NCBI GenBank assembly: GCA_032718475.1
Contig: JAUCBJ010002772.1
Coordinates: 1-41,425 of the forward strand
DNA length: 41,425 nt
DNA from: Nemertoderma westbladi
Taxonomy: Eukaryota; Animalia; Xenacoelomorpha
Direction: 5' to 3'
The position numbers and the translations under genes were made by a program. The notes under the pieces are model-generated. The model was given only the letters and a program-made list of their open reading frames with translations, was not told the DNA's origin and searched no databases. Positions 35,477-41,425 of this stretch are shown in pieces; the first letter of the stretch is position 1, and each line of letters starts with the position of its first letter.

Positions 35477-38400
35477 ATGCTACTAGGCACCAGGAGGATG
35501 CCCGTACAACATTCCCCAAGGAAAGAGCAGGGAGCTCCGCACACGCGCAGCAGGGGTCCGGCACCCCCGCCCCCGCCGCCGCTGGACGAACTGACTGCGC
35601 CGAGCCGTCGACTGACGTCAACAAAGGAACCCAAAACAGCGGCGGATGAGCCGACGATGAAAGCCGGAATAAACCCGAGCGACGCGGCTGACGGGTCGAT
35701 GAAAGCCGAAATAAAACCGGCGGACTGGTCGACGACGAAAACCGGAATAAACCCGAGCGATCCGGCGGATGGGTCGACGACTAATGCCGGAATAAACCCG
35801 AGCGATCCGGCGGATGGGTCGACGAAGAAAACCGGATTAAACCCGAGCGATCCGGCGGATGAGTCGACGAAGAAAACCGGATTAAACCCGAGCGATCCGG
35901 CGGATGAGTCGACGACGAAAACCGGATTAAATCCGAGCGATCCGGCGGATGAGTCGACGACGAAAACCGGAATAAACCCGGCGAATGGGTCGACGACGGA
36001 ATCTGGAATAAACCCGAGCGATCCCGCGGATGGGTCGACGACGAAAACCGGAATAAACCCGGCGAATGGGTCGACGATGGAAGCTGGAATAAACCCGAGC
36101 GATCCGGCAGATGGATCGACGACTAACGCCGGAATAAACCCGAGCGATCCGGCGGATGGGTCGACGACGAAGACCGGAATAAACCCGAGCGATCCGGCAG
36201 ATGGGTCGACGAAGAAAACCGGATTAAACCCGAGCGATCCGGCGGATGAGTCGACGACGAAAACCGGAATAAACCCATGCGATCCGGCGGACGGGTCGAC
36301 GACAAATACCGGAATAAACCTGAGCGATCCGGCGGATGGGTCGCCGACGAAAACCGGAACAAACCCGAGCGATCCAGCGGATGGGTCTACGACGAAAACC
36401 GGAATAAACCCGAGCGATCCGGCGGATGGGTCAACGACGAAAACCGGAATAAACCCGAGCGACCTGGCGGATGGGTCGACGACGAAGACTGGAATAAACC
36501 CGAGCGATCCGGCGGATGGATCGACAACGAAAACCGGAATAAACCCGAGCGATCCGGCGGTTGGGTCGACGACGAAAACCGGAATAAACCCGAGCGATCC
36601 GGCGGTTGGGTCGATGTGGAAAGCAGGAATAAACCAGATAAACCCTAGTATAACCAAGGTACACCCAAGTCGGGTAGGTCCGGTCATCCATACAGCCAAT
36701 GACCCGGCTTGGGTGGGCCCATCTACCACATGCATGGAACCAAGACCTAAAAGGTGGGAACTTAATAGTTCAAGTACATTTAACTCTGGGAGCATTGACA
36801 TACACGCTGTGCTAGACAGCTCTCTGTACAATAAGGTCAATCAAAACTCTAGTTCTCCTCCTGAGAATTATTTTTGGGGAAACCAATTTGTTGATCCTTC
36901 TTATTTTAATGTACATGAATCTACTGACTTTCTTAACGGTAATGAAGTAGTATATTTAGGTGGTATTAACAAGGGTAACCCAACAATAGGGACACCAATC
37001 CACAATACACAAACACTTGGCCCTATTCCCCCACAAGCAGTCTTTACTATAGGGACACCCATTACACCTACTGAGGAGTCCCACATGGGGTCCGCTTGTA
37101 CCACACCCACAGTAGAATCCATGGCTAGCCCCTGTATCCCACATAGACAGATCACAGTCGCCCGTGCACCACCATCCCGCATGTCTCCCTGTGTAAATGA
37201 ACTGAAAAGGAACAACCCCGGGTGCCACCGAAGGAAATACCAAGAGGTAGCATGTCCTGGTTCCACAGATTATTCCCCATCCTCAGAGGAGCATCAAACC
37301 CACAAGCCGTATACGAGAAGTAAGGCCATTTTATCTAAGGTTAAAACACTGCAACCGAAAAGGAATGCAAACCCACCTAAACGCTATAAGAAAAATCAGA
37401 ACCCCATACCACCGGCTCCTTCAATTTCTCCAGTAGGAATGGGTAGGGGTCCATTCTCCAAAATTCCAACGACCATCACAGAAGGAGTCGAAATCAATGC
37501 ATCAGTGGACTTTGGTTCTGTTCATACAGCTCCGACAACCTCCAACAATGGTTGTGGCTCGGTTTCGAATGCTCCGATGACCTCAAAGGTCTCTCTTGGT
37601 TCAGTCTTTGCTGATCCATTGTCATCAATGGTTGGTGGTGGCTCGGTTTTGAATGCTCCGACGACCTCAAAAGTTCGTTTCGGTTCGGTTTTCATTGCTC
37701 CTACAACCACCCGAGGTGGGTTTGGTCCGGTTTCGAATGCTCCAATGACCTCAAAAGTTTGTTTCGGTTCGGTCCTTACCGCTCCGACGACCTCCCCAGG
37801 TGGAGTTGGTTTGGCTTTGAATGCACCAACGACCTCAAGAGGCAGTTTCGGTTCGATCTTTACCGCTCCGATGACCTCCATCGCCGGGCATGGTTCAGTT
37901 CTGAACGCTCCAATGACCTCAAAAGTAGATCGGGGCTCGGTTTTTAATGCTCCGACGACGTCAATAGCTGTCTGTAGTTCGGCTTTGAATGCTCCAATGA
38001 CCTCGAATGTCCGTTTCGGTCCGGTTTATACTGCTCCGGCGTCCTTGACAGCTGGCTGTCATTTGGGTTTGAATGCTGCAACGACCCCAATAGTCAGATT
38101 TGGCCCAGATTTGACAGCGCCAACAAACCTGACAGCTGGTCGTCACCCCGGTTTAATTGGTCCAAAGACCCCAAAAGTTAGTTTCGGTTCTGTTTTTACT
38201 GCTCCGGCGACCACAACATCATGCTGTGGTTCATCCTCGAATGCCCCAACCATTTACTCAACTGGTTCGCCGATCTTCACTGCTCTGAAGAACTCTATAG
38301 AAGACACTGACCTGTCCAGGGAAACAGATAACGAGTATGTCCCCGTTTTCCCCGATGTCTCTAATGGCTTTAATGAAGAGGACGTTGTGCTGGCTGCAAC

Positions 38401-40699
38401 TTCTAAACCAGGACCGAGAGGCCTTGTTATACTCAAACCATCTGACCCTGACTGGGATTACTTCGATGATGAGTCCCACCTCTCCACCCTTATTGTAGAC
38501 TCGTTTCTTTCCATTCTGGAACGACAAGTGGGCAACATAAGCTGCGTGGACTCAACACTTTGCATGAAGCTCAATCAGGGAGGCTTTGACATAGCCAGTG
38601 CAATAAAATATATTACTACTATCTGCAATCCAACAACTATACCACTAATGCTCTTTCCGGAGTGCATCGAAAAGAAAGACCCTAAGAATAATCACCTTGT
38701 TCTGCATGTCGCTGAACAGAAGAGCAGGAAAGTATACACACTCGACAGCTTGTCATCATCCTCGCCGAAACACGAACCCAGAGCTCGTTCAATCTGTAGC
38801 CTATTGAATTTAATAAACAAAGTACTCGGCTTACCAGAGGATTGGGAGGTAGATGTTAAAGTAAAGCGACCATTCGTCGGACAAACGAATGATTACGACT
38901 GTGGCGGCTTTGTATGCCTATACGCAGTGGCTCTGGCTTCCGGAAGTAACCGAGTCCTCAAAGGACGCTCAGAATCCACCAATCTCCGCCAATGGATACA
39001 GAAGAGTCTTTCGGATGTAAAGATTGACCTGACTGACACACAGTTAAATGCAAGCTTTGAAAATTCATATGACAACAAGGCAACACCAGCTAACCGTAAT
39101 GACCAGGGAAACCACCTCCCAACATTCGCCCACCGTCCCGACGATGACGTATATGATAGCGACGATGCGGCACCGCCCTATGTCAAAATAAAAACTACCT
39201 GTTTTCCAACGTATAAGAATTGTGACCTGCGCCCCCTATTACACGAAACCAAGCAGAAATGCATTAAAACATTAAAGGGTTACACTGACGACAAGAGAAA
39301 CACAATTAGGAACCTCCTATTTAATGACGTCAAAACATATATGCTCCCCACACAAGCGGTAAGCCTTGAACTATCACCTAGAACATCCACGCGGGAACTT
39401 TCCCTTGACGTCTATGAGCTTTTGCAATCGGTAAAAGACCACAGATTCACAGAATCCTGCAGAAAGCGGCTCAGAAAGGTCCATTCGAGTACTTACACCG
39501 GTGACAGTAATTCTTACGATCAACTCAAACAGGACCTTATAACAGCTGTAGCAACATTGCAGGCCAGATTATGCATGGTGGAAAACAAGTGTGATCAACT
39601 AAAAGAGGACAATGTTAAGATAAAAGAAGAATTGAACCATGAGAGGTATAAAGGAATGGTTCTCGAAGCAAAGGTGTCTGACATTCTTAAACAGAGTAAC
39701 ATCGATTCTGGCCCACAAACACAAACGCAACTACCCTCGGGAAACCTAGCTGGCCCACATACTGAAGGCATCCTAAGCGATTATATTATCATTGATTCTA
39801 CAGTAGGCAGCACCAGCCCTATAGAAGCTAGTTCAAGTCCATCGAATCTTCCAAACCTACCAAATACGGAATGGTCGGTACCGTCTACAAAACACACCGC
39901 ACGGTTAGCGAAACAACCGCGACACGGGCATAGTAAGAATTCAACCACTATCGACACGGAAAACAGGTATCTACCAATCTCTGATCATATTAAACCAACA
40001 GTCACTCCTACTCCAACAACTTGTCAGCTATCAGGAAGGTACCACCATAACCAGAATGAACCATTTCAAAGGCATCAGCTGGCCGATAATGGTAAATATA
40101 AATCAGGGATTAACCATGAGGTAAATCGTAACTACTATCCAAAGAGATACAACAAGGTGACCCAGAACAATACCCACTCATCAGTTGCACAAAGTGGAAC
40201 TCACCAGTTCAAGGATGGGGACAAACGCAATATGTACAATGCCACACGCAGAGACTACCACCAGAAGGCTCATCACAATCCCGGACCCACTCATCAGGAA
40301 CGTCCAAGGAAGGGAAATAACAATGCAGGATATCACTATGACTCTCAATGGTCATCGTACTCCTATTTGTTCCTGTCTGGATTGGATAACTGGCACAAGA
40401 CAGATATTATATCATACCTTGAGAATAGGAATATTACTGTATATCATAGCAAATACTGGATCAACAACAATCACAGAACCATGCGTATCACGATTAACGG
40501 GTTTGACGAAGACTTGCTATGTGGTGACCACTTCCACTGGCCGGACGGTATCACCTGTCGCAGATGGCGACCAAAATCGACCACAGGTATTCGACAATGG
40601 GCTGATGCTCAACCACAGTCCCACAACATACCAGTAGGTAGACAAGAACACAGGCATGCCCCATCACAGGGACACCAATCTAACAGGCAGCGTGTTTAA
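35477..40699 (+). CDS. LINE ORF1 (1740 aa): 15-aa repeats, 14-aa FG-containing repeats, Ulp1/SENP-family (C48) cysteine protease, coiled coil, RRM
   Basis: Protease motifs NNHLVL (H1073), YTLDSL (D1090) and GQTNDYDCGGFVCLYA (Q1136, C1142). Heptad region LKQDL...VSDILKQ (~39520-39690). ORF1-type RRM YLFLSGL...MRITI...WPDGITCRRW (~40360-40570). Confidence 0.88.
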   Translation: MLLGTRRMPVQHSPRKEQGAPHTRSRGPAPPPPPPLDELTAPSRRLTSTKEPKTAADEPTMKAGINPSDAADGSMKAEIKPADWSTTKTGINPSDPADGSTTNAGINPSDPADGSTKKTGLNPSDPADESTKKTGLNPSDPADESTTKTGLNPSDPADESTTKTGINPANGSTTESGINPSDPADGSTTKTGINPANGSTMEAGINPSDPADGSTTNAGINPSDPADGSTTKTGINPSDPADGSTKKTGLNPSDPADESTTKTGINPCDPADGSTTNTGINLSDPADGSPTKTGTNPSDPADGSTTKTGINPSDPADGSTTKTGINPSDLADGSTTKTGINPSDPADGSTTKTGINPSDPAVGSTTKTGINPSDPAVGSMWKAGINQINPSITKVHPSRVGPVIHTANDPAWVGPSTTCMEPRPKRWELNSSSTFNSGSIDIHAVLDSSLYNKVNQNSSSPPENYFWGNQFVDPSYFNVHESTDFLNGNEVVYLGGINKGNPTIGTPIHNTQTLGPIPPQAVFTIGTPITPTEESHMGSACTTPTVESMASPCIPHRQITVARAPPSRMSPCVNELKRNNPGCHRRKYQEVACPGSTDYSPSSEEHQTHKPYTRSKAILSKVKTLQPKRNANPPKRYKKNQNPIPPAPSISPVGMGRGPFSKIPTTITEGVEINASVDFGSVHTAPTTSNNGCGSVSNAPMTSKVSLGSVFADPLSSMVGGGSVLNAPTTSKVRFGSVFIAPTTTRGGFGPVSNAPMTSKVCFGSVLTAPTTSPGGVGLALNAPTTSRGSFGSIFTAPMTSIAGHGSVLNAPMTSKVDRGSVFNAPTTSIAVCSSALNAPMTSNVRFGPVYTAPASLTAGCHLGLNAATTPIVRFGPDLTAPTNLTAGRHPGLIGPKTPKVSFGSVFTAPATTTSCCGSSSNAPTIYSTGSPIFTALKNSIEDTDLSRETDNEYVPVFPDVSNGFNEEDVVLAATSKPGPRGLVILKPSDPDWDYFDDESHLSTLIVDSFLSILERQVGNISCVDSTLCMKLNQGGFDIASAIKYITTICNPTTIPLMLFPECIEKKDPKNNHLVLHVAEQKSRKVYTLDSLSSSSPKHEPRARSICSLLNLINKVLGLPEDWEVDVKVKRPFVGQTNDYDCGGFVCLYAVALASGSNRVLKGRSESTNLRQWIQKSLSDVKIDLTDTQLNASFENSYDNKATPANRNDQGNHLPTFAHRPDDDVYDSDDAAPPYVKIKTTCFPTYKNCDLRPLLHETKQKCIKTLKGYTDDKRNTIRNLLFNDVKTYMLPTQAVSLELSPRTSTRELSLDVYELLQSVKDHRFTESCRKRLRKVHSSTYTGDSNSYDQLKQDLITAVATLQARLCMVENKCDQLKEDNVKIKEELNHERYKGMVLEAKVSDILKQSNIDSGPQTQTQLPSGNLAGPHTEGILSDYIIIDSTVGSTSPIEASSSPSNLPNLPNTEWSVPSTKHTARLAKQPRHGHSKNSTTIDTENRYLPISDHIKPTVTPTPTTCQLSGRYHHNQNEPFQRHQLADNGKYKSGINHEVNRNYYPKRYNKVTQNNTHSSVAQSGTHQFKDGDKRNMYNATRRDYHQKAHHNPGPTHQERPRKGNNNAGYHYDSQWSSYSYLFLSGLDNWHKTDIISYLENRNITVYHSKYWINNNHRTMRITINGFDEDLLCGDHFHWPDGITCRRWRPKSTTGIRQWADAQPQSHNIPVGRQEHRHAPSQGHQSNRQRV
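35663..36634 (+). repeat. Coding minisatellite, 45-bp unit (TGINPSDPADGSTTK), about 22 copies
   Basis: Units are 45, 42 or 36 bp, and all preserve the frame. Confidence 0.96.
37511..38251 (+). repeat. Coding diverged repeat, 42-bp unit (14 aa, SVxxAPxTSxxxFG), about 18 copies
   Basis: Exact 14-aa periodicity with largely alternating xAP/NAP units (28-aa higher order) and 8 FG dipeptides. Confidence 0.9.
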
Positions 40700-41425
40700 C
40701 GGAAATCCCCCACCCCAGCAACCCAGCCCCACATCCAAACATGAAAATATACGAATGGCTACCTACAATTGTCGGGGATTCAACACGGGTATCAAATATC
40801 TTTCTGACTGCCTAAACTCTGATCACCCCTTATCATCCTTGGACATCGTGGCAATACAGGAGCACTGGCTCGACACCATTGAATGTAAGCTACTGCTCGG
40901 CGAATTCCATAGTGACTTTAAATGCACATACTCTGTTTCTCACCTCATGGCTAATCCAAACCGAACTCGTGGCGCAGGTGGAGTGGCCCTATGGTACAGG
41001 CGAACCATGTTCACCAATGTTTCAGAAATCGCATCCGGAGACGACATAGTAGGTTTAAGAGCTAACTATCATGGTCTTGACATCCCACTTCTATTATTAT
41101 CTTGCTATGCACCTGACCCCTCGAGGGGATGCTCAGCCTACGAGGAGTTCTTGGGGAGACTGGGCTCAATCCTCGATTCAAATCCAGACACCCTCCCAAT
41201 TGTATTAGCCGATACGAACGCGGATGTTGGGCCACTACAAGGGCCCAGATATGGTAGGTGTAAAGCGACACTAAGAGGACGTCGCCTCAACGAGTTCCTA
41301 AACTCCTTTAACCTCCTTGCCGCCGACACTACACCTAAGTTCTCAGGCCCTACTACTACCTTCCGGGGTAATGGCGCTTCATATATTGACCATGTTCTTA
41401 CGACATCAGCAGGACTCGACCTTAT
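40656..41425 (+). CDS. LINE ORF2 N-terminus, apurinic-like endonuclease (partial)
   Basis: Open from ATG 40656 (alternative ATG 40755) to the window end. Motifs ATYNCRG, AIQEHWL, GGVALW, CYAP, LADTNAD and YIDHVL. It overlaps ORF1 by 44 nt and is absent from the supplied ORF track because there is no stop in the window. Confidence 0.93.
   Translation, partial: MPHHRDTNLTGSVFNGNPPPQQPSPTSKHENIRMATYNCRGFNTGIKYLSDCLNSDHPLSSLDIVAIQEHWLDTIECKLLLGEFHSDFKCTYSVSHLMANPNRTRGAGGVALWYRRTMFTNVSEIASGDDIVGLRANYHGLDIPLLLLSCYAPDPSRGCSAYEEFLGRLGSILDSNPDTLPIVLADTNADVGPLQGPRYGRCKATLRGRRLNEFLNSFNLLAADTTPKFSGPTTTFRGNGASYIDHVLTTSAGLDL

Larger units (their letters stand above)
35256..41425 (+). mobile_element. Two-ORF non-LTR retrotransposon, RTEX-like, 5' portion; runs off the window
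   Basis: A ~220-bp 5' leader, an uninterrupted 5.2-kb ORF1 and an overlapping ORF2 with an APE domain. QEHWL and RGAGGVA suggest the RTEX clade, but RT is not in the window so the clade is provisional. Confidence 0.85.

Noticed and set aside
35473-36840. 455-aa hydrophobic antisense ORF (and 36277-36648, 36123-36362)
   Set aside because: Largely explained by the 45-bp repeat lacking stops in those frames, with no independent coding evidence.
35477-40699. ORF1 as a host SENP gene or mucin
   Set aside because: It is intronless, inserted into a FReD gene, ends in an ORF1-type coiled coil and RRM, and overlaps an APE-encoding ORF2.

Overview
This is AT-rich eukaryotic DNA, most likely from an invertebrate animal, and it is mostly nested transposable elements around one apparently intact host gene. 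From left to right: (1) the 3' end and 222-bp LTR of a probable Gypsy-type element; (2) a hAT MITE with an 8-bp TSD; (3) a ~6.7-kb foldback cassette whose ~2.1-kb inverted arms each carry a fibrinogen-domain (FReD) pseudogene, around a 61-bp tandem array, a P-element transposase C-terminus and a piggyBac-like end; (4) a Mutator-family MITE with an amplified 103-bp unit; (5) a decayed minus-strand BEL/Pao element with a 1-kb 3' LTR and a 3.4-kb accessory region, cut off by an RTE LINE; (6) a second Mutator MITE and a tRNA-derived SINE; (7) a hillarin/KY-like pseudo-transglutaminase gene that ends in a dynein microtubule-binding-like domain; (8) RTE relics and a Helentron-like (HINE) element; (9) a second copy of the foldback cassette, whose FReD gene is interrupted by (10) an intact-looking RTEX-like LINE. 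That LINE has a 1740-aa ORF1 with two peptide-repeat arrays and a Ulp1/SENP (C48) protease with an intact catalytic set, followed by an APE-encoding ORF2 that runs off the window. The best novelty candidates are the SUMO-protease-bearing ORF1 and the duplicated FReD-carrying foldback cassette. All family assignments come from motif recognition by eye, not database searches.
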